A stretch of DNA of 64,000 nt, from NCBI GenBank assembly GCA_964414185.1, contig CAYPVK010000002.1, forward strand, positions 82,296 to 146,295, given 5' to 3'. The notes beneath the pieces were generated by a model. It had not been told where the DNA came from, ran no database searches, and saw only the letters and a list, made by a program, of their open reading frames with translations. Below, piece after piece: positions 19,395 to 30,024 of the stretch. Each line of letters opens with the position of its first letter. Position 1 is the stretch's first letter. The translations under genes were made by a program, and so were the position numbers. The DNA comes from an uncultured Lactobacillales bacterium. GTDB taxonomy: Bacteria > Pseudomonadota > Alphaproteobacteria > CAAHEQ01 > UBA3637.

Positions 19395-19841
19395 AAATTA
19401 TTTAAATTAATTAAATATACCACATTTGTCAAAGCTTGTCCTTTCTTTTCCTAAATCAAATAAAAAAAGATACGTTTCTTTTGTTTCTTACGGTATCAAG
19501 CTGATTTGGCAAAGTGCATGGGGCAATTATTTTAAAGTATTTGGTTTCGGTTGGAATTATTTTGTGTCCTTTTAAAAAATGACCCGTGTATTTTTTACTT
19601 GATTTTTAAATAGAAAAAGTATATAAAATATAAACCGCTTTCAAAGGAAGGCGGCAATTCACATGTGAAGTTTGCGGACGGGCCGAGTTGGCTTTGTTTT
19701 TTTGAAAAGCATTTAACATGAATTTTGTTTTTCTTAAAATGTTTCGCTTCCGGTGTGGAAAATATTTTATCGGGTGTTGCCCGTAAAAAATCCATATCTA
19801 GGCTTCACAGAGGTTTAACCGGGAAAAGAAAGGATTTAAAA

Positions 19842-20579
19842 ATGGCTCTTCCTACCGTATCTATGCGTCAGTTGATTGAATCTGGCGTCCACTTTGGTCA
19901 TAACGCTCGCCGTTGGAACCCGAAAATGGGGCAATATATCTATGGAACACGTGACGGCGTTCATATTTTGGATTTAACTCAAACTGTGCCGGCTTTGTAC
20001 CGCGCGATGGAAGCGATTCGCGATGTTGCCGCCAAAGGCGGAAAAGTGTTGTTTGTCGGCACAAAAACGCAAGCGCGTGAACCGATTGCCGAAGCGGCTA
20101 AACGCTGTGGCCAATATTATGTAAATTGCAGATGGCTCGGCGGGATGTTGACCAACTGGAAAACAATTTCGGCCAGCATTAAACGCCTTAAAGAAATTGA
20201 TTCCAAAATGGAAAAAGGCGAATTTGAAGGCATGACCAAAAAAGAAAAATTGGGTTTGTCCCGCGAACGCGAAAAATTGTTTGCATCTTTGGGCGGTATC
20301 CAAGATATGAACGGTCGTCCCGACATTATCGTCGTAATTGATGCACCCCGTGAAGCTTTGGCCGTTGCCGAAGCAAAAAAATTGGGTATCCCCGTTGTGG
20401 CGATTTGCGATTCGAACGCCAATCCGGACGGTATCGAATATGTCGTGCCGGGCAACGATGATGCCATTCGTGCCATCAACTTGTATTGCGATTTGATGAG
20501 CGGTGCCGTTATCGACGGTATGAAAGCCGAACTCAAAGCCGCCGGCGTTGATTTGGGCGAAGCGGTCGAAGTCGCTTAA
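19842..20579 (+). CDS. rpsB: 30S ribosomal protein S2
   Basis: [29 protein letters not shown] is the canonical S2 N-terminus. The ORF track's upstream extension is unlikely to be translated. Confidence 0.93.
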   Translation: MALPTVSMRQLIESGVHFGHNARRWNPKMGQYIYGTRDGVHILDLTQTVPALYRAMEAIRDVAAKGGKVLFVGTKTQAREPIAEAAKRCGQYYVNCRWLGGMLTNWKTISASIKRLKEIDSKMEKGEFEGMTKKEKLGLSREREKLFASLGGIQDMNGRPDIIVVIDAPREALAVAEAKKLGIPVVAICDSNANPDGIEYVVPGNDDAIRAINLYCDLMSGAVIDGMKAELKAAGVDLGEAVEVA

Positions 20580-20719
20580 AAAAAGCTTTTGAAAAGGCAA
20601 AGAGTCTCATGTTCCGAGAACCGTCCGCATAAAGAGATTGACGGACAGCGGAAAACGGGCGTTTGCCTTTTCTTCATAGATAAACAAAAACGAATTTAAA
20701 ACGTAATAAGGAGAACAAA

Positions 20720-21640
20720 ATGGCAGAAATTACAGCGGCAATGGTCAAAGAATTGCGTGAAAAAACGGGTGCCGGCATGATGGACGCGAAAAAAGCGTTG
20801 GTCGAAGTCGGCGGCAATATTGATGACGCAATTGATTATTTGCGTAAAAAAGGGATGGCCGTCGCCGAAAAGAAAGCCGGCCGTATTGCTAACCAAGGGT
20901 TGGTCGGTGTATGTGTCGACGGCAAATGCGGTGCGTTGGTCGAATTGAATTCGGAAACGGACTTTGTGGCCCGCAACGGCGAATTCCAAGAATTTTTGAA
21001 CGAAACGGTGACAATCGCCTTGAAAAACAAAGGTGATTTGGAAGCCATCAAAAAAGCCGATATGAAAGGCAAAACCGTCGAAGGCGCTTTGACGGACATG
21101 ATTGCCAAAATCGGTGAAAACATGACATTGCGCCAAAGTGCTTTTTTAAGCGTGGATGAAGGCGTTGTTGTGTCCTATATGCATTCGGCTGTTGTCCCGA
21201 ACTTGGGTAAAATCGGCGTTTTGGTCGGATTGGAAAGCAAAGCCGATACGGCCGTTTTGTCCGAATTGGGCAAAAAATTGGCGATGCATATTGCCGCCGC
21301 CGCTCCGAAATTCCAAACGATTGAATCGGTTGATGCAAAGGTGTTGGAACATGAAAAAGGCATTTATGCCGAACAAGCCAAAAATTCCGGCAAACCCGCC
21401 AATATCGTTGAAAAAATGATTGAAGGTCGTGTCCGCAAATATTATGAAGAAGTTGTTTTGATGGAACAAGCTTTCATTATGGACCCGGACAAAAAAGTCA
21501 AAGACGTGATTGCCGACGCTGCGAAAGCCGCAGGCAGTGAAATCACGCTCAAAGGCTATGTCCGCTATAACTTGGGCGAAGGTTTGGAAAAGAAAGAAGA
21601 AGATTTTGCCGCCGAAGTGGCTAAACAAATCGGTGCTTAA
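20720..21640 (+). CDS. tsf: Elongation factor Ts
   Basis: MAEITAAMVKELREKTGAGMMDAKKALVE is the canonical EF-Ts N-terminus, and the protein is 306 aa. Confidence 0.95.
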   Translation: MAEITAAMVKELREKTGAGMMDAKKALVEVGGNIDDAIDYLRKKGMAVAEKKAGRIANQGLVGVCVDGKCGALVELNSETDFVARNGEFQEFLNETVTIALKNKGDLEAIKKADMKGKTVEGALTDMIAKIGENMTLRQSAFLSVDEGVVVSYMHSAVVPNLGKIGVLVGLESKADTAVLSELGKKLAMHIAAAAPKFQTIESVDAKVLEHEKGIYAEQAKNSGKPANIVEKMIEGRVRKYYEEVVLMEQAFIMDPDKKVKDVIADAAKAAGSEITLKGYVRYNLGEGLEKKEEDFAAEVAKQIGA

Positions 21641-21871
21641 ATTTTTCGAATCGTTAAATAACGGGTCAAACCGTTTATGCCGAATTGACAACGCCCGTGT
21701 GAAAATGCGGGCGTTTTTCTTAAAACATCGGCATGTTAACAAAACTTTGGCATCGTATATCGCAACGCATATCGTATTAATAAAATCCGTCAAAAGAAAA
21801 GAGTTGATTTTTTCACCGAAAAATGTATTATGTAGTCAAACAATATTAATCAAAAATAAAAGGAAAAAAAT

Positions 21872-22432
21872 ATGGATTACAGCGCAATTAAAGCAGATTT
21901 AACCGTCCGATTCGCCAAAACGGAAGAATCTTTGAAACGTGATTTTGCGGGCTTGCGCACCGGACGTGCCAGCACCGGGTTGCTTGACCCCGTTATGGTT
22001 GACGCATACGGTGCCCGCGTGCCGCTGAACCAAGTCGGAACGGTGACCGTTGCCGAAGCGCGTATGTTGGCCGTGCAGGTGTGGGACAGAAGCTTAATCA
22101 AAGCGGTTGAAAAAGGTATCGTCGAAGCGGGTTTGGGTTTAAACCCGATGAATGACGGTCAAACGATTCGCATCCCGATTCCGCCGTTATCCGAAGAACG
22201 CCGTATTGAGCTGACAAAAATTGCCGGCCAATATACCGAAGCGGCGCGTGTGTCGGCACGCCATATCCGCCGCGACGCATTGGATGCAATTAAGGCGTTG
22301 AAGGATGCCAACGAAATTTCCGAAGACGATCAAAGCCGTTATGAAAAGGAAATCCAAACGTTGACGGATAATGCGATTAAAACGTTGGATGAACAATTAA
22401 AAGCCAAAGAAGTTGAAATTAAACAAGTATAA
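21872..22432 (+). CDS. frr: Ribosome recycling factor
   Basis: 186 aa whose RRF-family sequence features are recognisable throughout. It follows tsf after a 230-bp gap that lacks pyrH. Confidence 0.9.
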   Translation: MDYSAIKADLTVRFAKTEESLKRDFAGLRTGRASTGLLDPVMVDAYGARVPLNQVGTVTVAEARMLAVQVWDRSLIKAVEKGIVEAGLGLNPMNDGQTIRIPIPPLSEERRIELTKIAGQYTEAARVSARHIRRDALDAIKALKDANEISEDDQSRYEKEIQTLTDNAIKTLDEQLKAKEVEIKQV

Positions 22433-22442
22433 GAGTCCCTTT

Positions 22443-23141
22443 ATGAATATACCGAACCATGTTGCCATTATTATGGATGGCAACGGCCGATGGGCAACCG
22501 CGCGGCATTTACCCCGAACCGCCGGCCATAAAGCAGGTGCCGAAACATTGAAAAAAGTTTTGGCTCATTTAAAAAAACGCGGCGTCAAATATGTGACGTT
22601 GTATGCTTTTTCATCCGAAAATTGGGGACGCCCGAAGGAAGAAGTTGACACTTTAATCGGGCTGTTTCGCGATTATTTGAAAAATGATATCGAACAACTG
22701 CACAAAGAAAACACACGCGTTTCGTTTATCGGCAACCGCTATAAATTCCCCGAAGACATCGTTTTGAAAATGAATGAAATCGAAGCCAAAACGGCGTTGC
22801 ATACGGATTTTCATGTCGTGTTGGCGCTCAGCTACGGTGCGCGCGACGATATTATCGAAGCCGTCAAACGGATTGCAAGCGATGTGGTTGACCACCGTTT
22901 GACGATTTCATCCATCAACCCTGAAATTTTCGCCGACGCTTTGTCAACGCGAACATTGCCCGACCCGGATTTGGTTATCCGTACCAGCGGCGAAGAACGC
23001 TTAAGCAACTTTTTGTTATGGGAAGTCGCCTATGCCGAATTTTATTGGGCGAACGTGATGTGGCCCGATTTTGATGAAAAGCAGGTTGATAAAGCTTTGG
23101 AAGCCTATGCCGCGCGCAAACGCCGTTTCGGCAAGGTTTAG
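22443..23141 (+). CDS. uppS: Undecaprenyl diphosphate synthase (cis-prenyltransferase)
   Basis: HVAIIMDGNGRWA and RTSGEERLSNFLLWE are the hallmark motifs of UppS. Confidence 0.92.
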   Translation: MNIPNHVAIIMDGNGRWATARHLPRTAGHKAGAETLKKVLAHLKKRGVKYVTLYAFSSENWGRPKEEVDTLIGLFRDYLKNDIEQLHKENTRVSFIGNRYKFPEDIVLKMNEIEAKTALHTDFHVVLALSYGARDDIIEAVKRIASDVVDHRLTISSINPEIFADALSTRTLPDPDLVIRTSGEERLSNFLLWEVAYAEFYWANVMWPDFDEKQVDKALEAYAARKRRFGKV

Positions 23142-23326
23142 GTGGTGTGCCGTTCAAATTGGCTTAAAAGCAATAAACGCCGGCAAAATTAAAATCGCCG
23201 GCGTCGTTAAAATCACGCTTGAAAAAAAACGTCGCCTGTTTTTAACGCCGTTTTCGAAATCCCCCGAATAAATCATCACGTTTTTCTTAAAATTTAAAAG
23301 CATACGATGATATATGCATTATCTGT

Positions 23327-23356
23327 TTGACAAAGAAGGATTGAAATGTGTAAACT
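23327..23356 (+). promoter_or_regulatory. Putative sigma70-type promoter for the stomatin/NfeD pair
   Basis: ttgaca (23327-23332) is separated by a 17-18-nt spacer from taaact (23351-23356). This lies ~35 nt upstream of the SPFH gene, whose start has an aaggagg ribosome-binding site. Confidence 0.35.
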
Positions 23357-23389
23357 GTCATAAAGTTTTTTATTTATAAGGAGGATCCC

Positions 23390-24346
23390 ATGGAAATATT
23401 AATTATTGTTTTATTGTTTCTGGCGTTTTTTATTTTGAAATCGTCCGTTATCGTCGTACGCCAAGGGTACGAATATACCGTTGAATCGTTCGGGCGTTTT
23501 ACACGTTCTTTAATGCCCGGTTTGCATATTTTAATCCCCGTTATCGAACATGTCGGTGCCAAATTGAACCGTATGGAACAAGTGATTGATGTGCCGAGCC
23601 AAGAAGTTATTACCAAAGACAACGCAATGGTGCGTGTCGACGGCGTATTGTTCTTTCAAATCCAAGATGCCGTTAATGCCGCCTATCAGGTACGCGATTT
23701 GCACACGGCTATTTTAAATTTGATTATGACCAACATCCGTACCGTTATCGGTTCAATGGAAATTGACGAGTTGTTGTCCCAACGCGATGCGATTAACCAT
23801 AAATTGTTGGCCGTGGTGGACGAAGCGACGATTCCTTGGGGCGTCAAAGTCACGCGTGTCGAAATCAAAGACATTACGCCGCCCAGGGATTTAATTGATT
23901 CAATGGCGCGCCAAATGAAAGCGGAACGTGAAAAACGTGCCAATATTTTGGAAGCGGAAGGGCTCCGCCAAGCCGAAATTTTACAGGCGGAAGGCGAAAA
24001 GCAAGCCGCTATTTTGCAAGCCGAAGGCAAACGCGAAGCGGCCTTTAAAGAAGCCGAAGCGCGCGAACGTTTGGCCAAAGCGGAAGCCAATGCAACCGCT
24101 ATGGTGTCCGAAGCCATCAACCAAGGCAATGTTCAAGCAATCAATTACTTTTTGGGTCAAAAATATATTGATGCATTGCAAGGCATTATTGCATCGCCCA
24201 ACCAAAAATTGTTGATGTTGCCGCTTGAAACGACGAACGTCATGGGTTCAATCGCCGGTATTGCCGAAATTGCCAAAGATGTGCTGAAACAACCGATGGT
24301 GCATGGTGCCGGGAAACATTCCAAAATGCCGCATGAAAAGAAATAG
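23390..24346 (+). CDS. SPFH/band-7 (stomatin-like) membrane protein
   Basis: It has an N-terminal TM helix and an SPFH domain. A coiled-coil region shows AEG(E/K)xQAxILQAEG repeats typical of prokaryotic stomatins (QmcA/YbbK-like). Confidence 0.85.
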   Translation: MEILIIVLLFLAFFILKSSVIVVRQGYEYTVESFGRFTRSLMPGLHILIPVIEHVGAKLNRMEQVIDVPSQEVITKDNAMVRVDGVLFFQIQDAVNAAYQVRDLHTAILNLIMTNIRTVIGSMEIDELLSQRDAINHKLLAVVDEATIPWGVKVTRVEIKDITPPRDLIDSMARQMKAEREKRANILEAEGLRQAEILQAEGEKQAAILQAEGKREAAFKEAEARERLAKAEANATAMVSEAINQGNVQAINYFLGQKYIDALQGIIASPNQKLLMLPLETTNVMGSIAGIAEIAKDVLKQPMVHGAGKHSKMPHEKK

Positions 24347-24355
24347 GAGGTACTT

Positions 24356-24796
24356 ATGAGCAATTTAGAATGGTTAATAGTCGGGTTGGCTTTGGTTTTG
24401 TTGGAACTCTTTGTGCCGGGCACTTACTTGATTTGGTTTGGTTTTGCCGGGTTGCTTGTGGCCGTTTTGACCAGTTTTTTTGTATGGCCCCTTATTACGC
24501 AAGTTGTCATTTTTACTGTTTTTTCTTTTATTTTTGCACTTATCGGGTGGCGTGTCTACGGCCGTTTTATTACCAAAGCCCCATCCAATTCCGAATACCG
24601 CCACTTAAACGATTTTGCTTCCCAATATATCGGTAAAAAATACATGTTGGAAGAAGACGTCGTTGATAATCGTTCCAAAGTCCGTGTCGGCGATACCGTT
24701 TGGATTGCTTCATGTGCCGAACCGTTAAAAAAAGGTCAGACGGTGGAAGTTGTGGGGGTTCTGCGCGGTGTCATCCTTGAGGTAAAATCCGTTTAA
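24356..24796 (+). CDS. NfeD-family membrane protein (short form), partner of the stomatin
   Basis: 146 aa with two or three TM helices and a C-terminal OB-fold-like segment (VRVGDTVW...GQTVEVVGV). It lies immediately downstream of the SPFH gene. Confidence 0.75.
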   Translation: MSNLEWLIVGLALVLLELFVPGTYLIWFGFAGLLVAVLTSFFVWPLITQVVIFTVFSFIFALIGWRVYGRFITKAPSNSEYRHLNDFASQYIGKKYMLEEDVVDNRSKVRVGDTVWIASCAEPLKKGQTVEVVGVLRGVILEVKSV

Positions 24797-25154
24797 CGGA
24801 ATTCTACCGCACTTTGTCTTCCCTCTCAAGTAGCGGATTCTACGTGAGGGGAAGCCAAAGCACATTATAATCCTCGTTAAACGAATTTTACGATTATGGA
24901 CGGCGCTTAAAAGGGCTTATTCCCGAAGACACCGTACGAATTTTACAAAGTGAAATGTTTTATTCATATTGAAAACATGAAAACCCTTGTGTAATCTGCG
25001 TAAAACGGATTAAATACTTGACAGACGGGGCTAAATCTGCGATAGTTTTAGGAAGCTTTTTCGGGGGCTTGCTTAATGTTATGCAAAGTTGCGGCATTTG
25101 TGCCGTCAAACAAAGGTTTTGCAAGCTTAACCATATGTTTTTAAGGAGAAAAAA

Positions 25155-26003
25155 ATGCGTTCCAATTTATTGCTCAGGGTGTTGTCCGCCGCCGTTCTGG
25201 CGCCGCTTGTGTTGCTTGCCATTTGGTATGGCCAGCCGGTGTACGAAATGTACGGTATTCCGCTGTATACCGTTTTATTGGCGGTATTCGGGGCCGGATT
25301 GGCTTGGGAATGGGAACATATGATGTGCCAAAAGCAAACGCCGTGTGGCATTATTATGGCAACATTGGCATGTTTGACGGCATTTTTAACGCCTGACAAT
25401 CCGATTTTCGCATTTTGGGTCATATTGTTGGGCGCTTTGGTGGTTTATTGGAAATCCGCAGGGCGATTGGTAATGGCGGGCGGCGTTTTGTATATTTGCT
25501 TGCCGGTGATGAGTTTAAGTTATTTGTATTATGTCGATGAAAAAATTTCGCGCGAATTGATTTTGTGGTTGTTTTTTGTCGTATGGGCAACCGATACGGG
25601 AGCCTATTTGGTCGGTTCGACTTTAAAAGGCCCGAAAATCGCTCCGAAAATCAGCGCGAAAAAAACATGGTCGGGGCTTATCGGCGGCGTGGCGTTTGCT
25701 TCAATGGTGGCGTATGTGTTTGCACTTTATTTGAAAGCATATGATTATATTCCGCAAGGCACCGCTTTATTTAACCGTTTGACAATCGTATTGGTTGTTT
25801 CCGCTGCCGTTTTGGCGGTATTTTCCCAAATCGGCGATTTTTTTGAATCGTATATCAAACGTCGTTTGAATTTGAAAGATTCATCCAATTTAATCCCCGG
25901 GCACGGTGGGTTATTCGACCGTGTGGACGGGTTGATTTTTGCCGCAACATTGATGGCCGTTGTTTTGTTTTGTGTTAACCAAGGGTGGATTTTCAAATGG
26001 TAG
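25155..26003 (+). CDS. cdsA: Phosphatidate cytidylyltransferase
   Basis: The C-terminal signature KRxxxxKDSSxLIPGHGGxxDRxD is present as IKRRLNLKDSSNLIPGHGGLFDRVDGLIF. Confidence 0.9.
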   Translation: MRSNLLLRVLSAAVLAPLVLLAIWYGQPVYEMYGIPLYTVLLAVFGAGLAWEWEHMMCQKQTPCGIIMATLACLTAFLTPDNPIFAFWVILLGALVVYWKSAGRLVMAGGVLYICLPVMSLSYLYYVDEKISRELILWLFFVVWATDTGAYLVGSTLKGPKIAPKISAKKTWSGLIGGVAFASMVAYVFALYLKAYDYIPQGTALFNRLTIVLVVSAAVLAVFSQIGDFFESYIKRRLNLKDSSNLIPGHGGLFDRVDGLIFAATLMAVVLFCVNQGWIFKW

Positions 26004-27091
26004 ATACGTTTATTTATTTGTTTGCTTTTATTTTTGTTTTGTCCGTTGTCGTGGTTGTACATGAATGGGGGCATTTTATCGTTGCACGTTTGTGTGGTGT
26101 GAAAGTAACGCATTTTTCAGTCGGTTTCGGCAAAGTTTTGTGGCATCGGACCGATAAAAAAGGTACGGTATGGCAAGTGTGTGTGTTGCCGTTGGGCGGT
26201 TATGTGAAAATGTTGGGCGATGAAGATGCGGCCAGTGCCACCGCTTCGAAAAAAAATGTAAAAAAAGAAGATGAAAAATATATGTTCGCGACACAATCCC
26301 TTTGGAAAAAGGCGGCTATTATCGTTGCGGGCCCGGGCATGAACTATGTGTTTGCGATTTTATTGTTGACGGGTATTTTCTTTTTTGCGGGAAAAGCCGT
26401 TTGGCCGCCCGTTATCGGCGGGTTCGGCGAAAATTCGGCGGCTGAAGAAGCGGGCATGTCGGTCGGCGATAAATTTGTGGACATTAACGGATTGCCTGTT
26501 GAAAAATATCATGATATTTTGCGCATTGTCCGTTTGACGGAATTCGGCAAAGAATTGGCAATCACGGTTGACAGAGACGGTGAGCGGCTTTTATTTAACG
26601 TTACGCCTCGGTATTTTGAAGATTCCGTTCCGAGAATCGGCATTTATGCGGCGACCGAAAAAATTGTCATAGAGGAAAATTTGGGCTTGGTTCGTTCTTT
26701 TAAGGAAGCCGTCATTGACGTATATACGATTACCGTTGACACGTTGGCATATTTGGGACAGGTATTGTTTCATAACCGTTCGGCGGATGATATGCGCGGG
26801 CCGTTGGGCATTGCCGAAGCTGCGGGAGATTCTTTAAAGGGCGGCGCAATGTCGTTGTTATTGTTTATTGTGAATATTTCGGTTGCCATCGGCTTTATGA
26901 ATTTATTGCCGGTGCCGATTTTGGACGGAGGCCATTTGGCGTTTTACGCCGTTGAAGGCATTATCCGCCGCCCGATACCCGAAAGGATTCAAAACGGCTT
27001 GCTTTGGGGGGGCATGTCGTTATTGTTGTGTTTGTTGGCATTTACAATGTATTTGGATGTTCCCCGTATCATACAAAGGATATTCGGATGA
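25997..27091 (+). CDS. rseP: RIP zinc metalloprotease RseP (site-2 protease)
   Basis: It contains an HExxH motif (VHEWGHFIVARLCGVKV), a PDZ domain and an LDGGHL motif. It overlaps the cdsA stop. Confidence 0.9.
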   Translation: MVDTFIYLFAFIFVLSVVVVVHEWGHFIVARLCGVKVTHFSVGFGKVLWHRTDKKGTVWQVCVLPLGGYVKMLGDEDAASATASKKNVKKEDEKYMFATQSLWKKAAIIVAGPGMNYVFAILLLTGIFFFAGKAVWPPVIGGFGENSAAEEAGMSVGDKFVDINGLPVEKYHDILRIVRLTEFGKELAITVDRDGERLLFNVTPRYFEDSVPRIGIYAATEKIVIEENLGLVRSFKEAVIDVYTITVDTLAYLGQVLFHNRSADDMRGPLGIAEAAGDSLKGGAMSLLLFIVNISVAIGFMNLLPVPILDGGHLAFYAVEGIIRRPIPERIQNGLLWGGMSLLLCLLAFTMYLDVPRIIQRIFG

Positions 27092-29346
27092 AAAATTGGA
27101 TTAGTATTTTATTAATGGGAACAATGCTCTCCGGCGGAGCATCGGCTGAAATTTTAAAAAAAGTAACGATTAACGGAACGGCGCGCATTGAAAATGCCAC
27201 CGTTATGAATTATTTGAATTTGAAAGACGGCGAAAACATTACTCGGGCCGATATGGACAAAGCAACGAAAACGTTGTTCAAAACGGGGTTGTTTTCCGAT
27301 GTCAATATGGTTATGAAAGACGGCAATTTAAAGATTAATGTGGTTGAAAATCCGATTGTTCACAGCGTGTATTTTGAAGGCAACAAGAAATTGGACGATA
27401 AGGCTTTGGAAAGCGAAGTATTGTTGAAACCGCGCATGGTTTATACGTTGAATAAAGTCCAAAACGATGCCGAACGGTTATTGGAAGTGTATAAGCGCAA
27501 CGGGCGTTTCGGTGCAACGGTGGAACCCAAAATCATTAAAAAAGACCAAAACCGCGTGGACATTGTTTTTGAAATCGACGAAGGCGAAAAAACAACCGTT
27601 AAAAGCATAAATATCATCGGCAACAATAAATTTGACGCTGCCGAATTGCGTGATGCGATGATAACGAAAGAAGCGGCATGGTACCGGTTCTTTTCCAGCA
27701 CGGATACTTATGACCCCGACCGTTTGAATTACGATAAAGAATTGTTGCGCCGATTTTATTTGGAACGCGGCTATGTGGATTTTAAAGTCAAAAATGCCGT
27801 TGCCGAATTAACACCGAATAAGGAAGGTTTTATCATCACGATTGAAATCGAAGAGGGCAAACGCTATAAATTCGCCGAACCTCAGGTGCGTATTAAATTG
27901 CCCGAATACAAAGGTAAATCGGTACAAAAATACATTGAATTTAAAAAGGGGCAATGGTTTAATTCCGAATTAGTCGAAAAAACGATTACGAATTTGAATG
28001 AAGAATTTTCGAACATGGGATACGCGTTTGTCGATACCATACCCGAATTTCAACGCGATGAAGCTAACCGCACCGTTAAAATTATTTTTAACGTGGAAGA
28101 AGGCGAAAAAGTTTTCGTAAACGAAATCAATATTACGGGCAATACGCGAACGCTTGACAAAGTCATTCGTCGCGAATTTCGGATTAAAGAAGGCGATGCC
28201 TTTAATGCGTCCAAATTGCGCCGTTCGAAACAACGCGTTGAAGATTTGGATTATTTCGATCGCGTGACGATGGATTCTTCCGCCGTGCCCGGACAACCCG
28301 GCAAAGCGAACGTATCGGTTGATGTTTCCGAAAAATCCACGGGGTCGTTTTCAATCGGTGTGGGTTGGTCATCTTATGACGGGTTATTGTTTGAAACCGG
28401 CATTCGTGAACGCAATATTTTGGGAACCGGCAAAATCGTCGGGTTGAATTTGATGTTGTCTGAACGTGAACAACAATACACTGTCGGCGTTACCGATCCG
28501 TATTTTATGGACAGAAATTTATTGGCCGGTTTTGATATTTTCCATACCGAACGTGATGATAAAGATTACAGTTCGTACAAATCCAGAACGACTGGCGCAA
28601 CGGCGCGTTTAGGATGGGATTATACCGATTATTTGAGTCAAACGGTTCGGTATACGATTAAAAAAGACGATATCCGCGATATTAATGATGATGCTTCCGT
28701 TTACATCAAAGAACAACAAGGCAAAACCAGCACGTCAATGGTCGGTCAAGAATTGTCGTATGATAAAAGGGACAGCCGCATTAACCCGACGCAAGGGTAT
28801 TATTTGTCATTGAGCGCGGATTTTGCGGGCTTGGGTGCCGATACGAAATTTGTGCGTGCCGGCTTGATGGGGATTCAATATTTTCCCGTTGCCGAAGATG
28901 TTGTGTTTTCCGTCCGCGGAGATACCGGGCGCGTTTGGGGTTGGGGCGGCGAAGATGTCCGCATTAACAACCGCTATTATTTAGGGGATGCATCGTTCCG
29001 CGGTTTTGAATACGGCGGTATCGGTGCGCGCGATAAATATACGGGCGACGCTTTGGGATCGAATTGGTATGCAACCGCGTCGGCCGAATTGACATTCCCG
29101 CTCGGGTTGCCTAAAGAAGTCGGCATCAAGGGTAAAGTCTTTACCGATGCGGGCTTTGTCGGCAAACCGGACGGCTATAATTCCGAAACAATGGATTATT
29201 CGGGTAAAATGCGCGCAGCCGGCGGCTTCGGCTTTTTGTGGCAATCGCCGATGGGTATGATTAACCTTGACTTTGCTTGGCCGTTAATGGATGAAGATTT
29301 TGATAAGACGAAAGTGTTCCGTTTAAATTTTGGGAAAGGATTCTGA
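27088..29346 (+). CDS. bamA: Outer membrane protein assembly factor BamA
   Basis: A signal peptide (MKNWISILLMGTMLSGGASA) is followed by POTRA repeats and a C-terminal beta-barrel that ends in an aromatic residue (...FRLNFGKGF). Confidence 0.92.
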   Translation: MKNWISILLMGTMLSGGASAEILKKVTINGTARIENATVMNYLNLKDGENITRADMDKATKTLFKTGLFSDVNMVMKDGNLKINVVENPIVHSVYFEGNKKLDDKALESEVLLKPRMVYTLNKVQNDAERLLEVYKRNGRFGATVEPKIIKKDQNRVDIVFEIDEGEKTTVKSINIIGNNKFDAAELRDAMITKEAAWYRFFSSTDTYDPDRLNYDKELLRRFYLERGYVDFKVKNAVAELTPNKEGFIITIEIEEGKRYKFAEPQVRIKLPEYKGKSVQKYIEFKKGQWFNSELVEKTITNLNEEFSNMGYAFVDTIPEFQRDEANRTVKIIFNVEEGEKVFVNEINITGNTRTLDKVIRREFRIKEGDAFNASKLRRSKQRVEDLDYFDRVTMDSSAVPGQPGKANVSVDVSEKSTGSFSIGVGWSSYDGLLFETGIRERNILGTGKIVGLNLMLSEREQQYTVGVTDPYFMDRNLLAGFDIFHTERDDKDYSSYKSRTTGATARLGWDYTDYLSQTVRYTIKKDDIRDINDDASVYIKEQQGKTSTSMVGQELSYDKRDSRINPTQGYYLSLSADFAGLGADTKFVRAGLMGIQYFPVAEDVVFSVRGDTGRVWGWGGEDVRINNRYYLGDASFRGFEYGGIGARDKYTGDALGSNWYATASAELTFPLGLPKEVGIKGKVFTDAGFVGKPDGYNSETMDYSGKMRAAGGFGFLWQSPMGMINLDFAWPLMDEDFDKTKVFRLNFGKGF

Positions 29347-29347
29347 T

Positions 29348-30022
29348 ATGAATGAAACCGCAGAAAATAAAAAACGTTCTGAAAAAATGTGCCCGTGCGT
29401 TCATATGGCGGCCCGTGCACACGGCGTTTATCAAAAAAGTGTCGAATGGGTCAAAGGCCATATGGAATTGACATTAGCCGCTTTGGCCGCCGTGTTGGTA
29501 TTGTTCGGCATGGCATTTTGTTCTCACGATTCACAGACGGTAGCCGTGTTGGATGTGGAAGAGCTTAAAACGCAATCGGATGTTTACAAAAAAATTTACG
29601 ACGAACAACAACGTTATGAAGAAATGTGGAAGATTAAGTTCAACGCCGAACGCGAAATTTTGGATCGTGAAGATAAAGATTTGGCGGCACGGCGCAAATC
29701 AATGAAGCCGGTTCAGCTTAAAAAAGAAGTTGACGCTTTGCAAAAAAAAGCAATCGCTTTGCAACAAAAATTCCAAGGCGAAGCTTCCAGAATCGTTATG
29801 GCGACTCAAACGGCGGTAAACCAAGCCAATAAATCGGTGATTGAAACCGTTCGGGAAGTTGCGAAAAAGAACGGGTACGACATCGTGATTCCGAAATCGT
29901 CGGCAATCTATACAAGCAAGGCAATCGATGTGACGGACACGTTTGTAAAAGTATTGAACAAAAAAACAATCGACGTGGATTATCCGGATCCCGCGACACT
30001 CACTTTACCTAAAGGAAATTAA
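29348..30022 (+). CDS. skp: Periplasmic chaperone Skp/OmpH
   Basis: The OmpH-like C-terminal 160 aa is coiled-coil rich. The start is uncertain: 29348 or the internal Met at 29462, which begins the signal-like segment [16 protein letters not shown]. Confidence 0.65.
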   Translation: MNETAENKKRSEKMCPCVHMAARAHGVYQKSVEWVKGHMELTLAALAAVLVLFGMAFCSHDSQTVAVLDVEELKTQSDVYKKIYDEQQRYEEMWKIKFNAEREILDREDKDLAARRKSMKPVQLKKEVDALQKKAIALQQKFQGEASRIVMATQTAVNQANKSVIETVREVAKKNGYDIVIPKSSAIYTSKAIDVTDTFVKVLNKKTIDVDYPDPATLTLPKGN

Positions 30023-30024
30023 AT

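Noticed and set aside
19320-19841. Long (520-bp) intergenic region upstream of rpsB checked for a tRNA, tmRNA, 4.5S or other structured RNA gene
   Set aside because: I could find no tRNA T-arm (GGTTCGA-TCC) or tmRNA and SRP consensus motifs by eye. The only clear structure is the nested-hairpin repeat reported above. It would need cmscan to be sure.
19974-21793. Minus-strand ORFs of 146-215 aa (19974-20600, 20696-21136, 21146-21793)
   Set aside because: They are antisense shadows of rpsB and tsf. Their Phe/Asn/His-rich, low-complexity translations are typical of reverse frames of GC-skewed genes.
24800-25154. Short ORF 25018-25323 and an imperfect hairpin (cttccctctcaagtag...ctacgtgaggggaag) in the nfeD-cdsA gap
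   Set aside because: The ORF is Cys/Arg-rich with a non-coding-like composition. It overlaps the cdsA start region in another frame and has no ribosome-binding site. The hairpin is probably just the nfeD terminator, and its resemblance to the 3241-3566 repeats (ctcacgta) is too short to count.
29348-29461. Possibility that the Cys/His-rich segment [13 protein letters not shown] at the 5' end of the skp ORF is a separate small metal-binding peptide
   Set aside because: It is in frame and continuous with Skp and has no independent stop. It is more likely untranslated leader, or part of Skp if the 29348 start is used. This cannot be resolved without proteomic or ribosome-profiling data.
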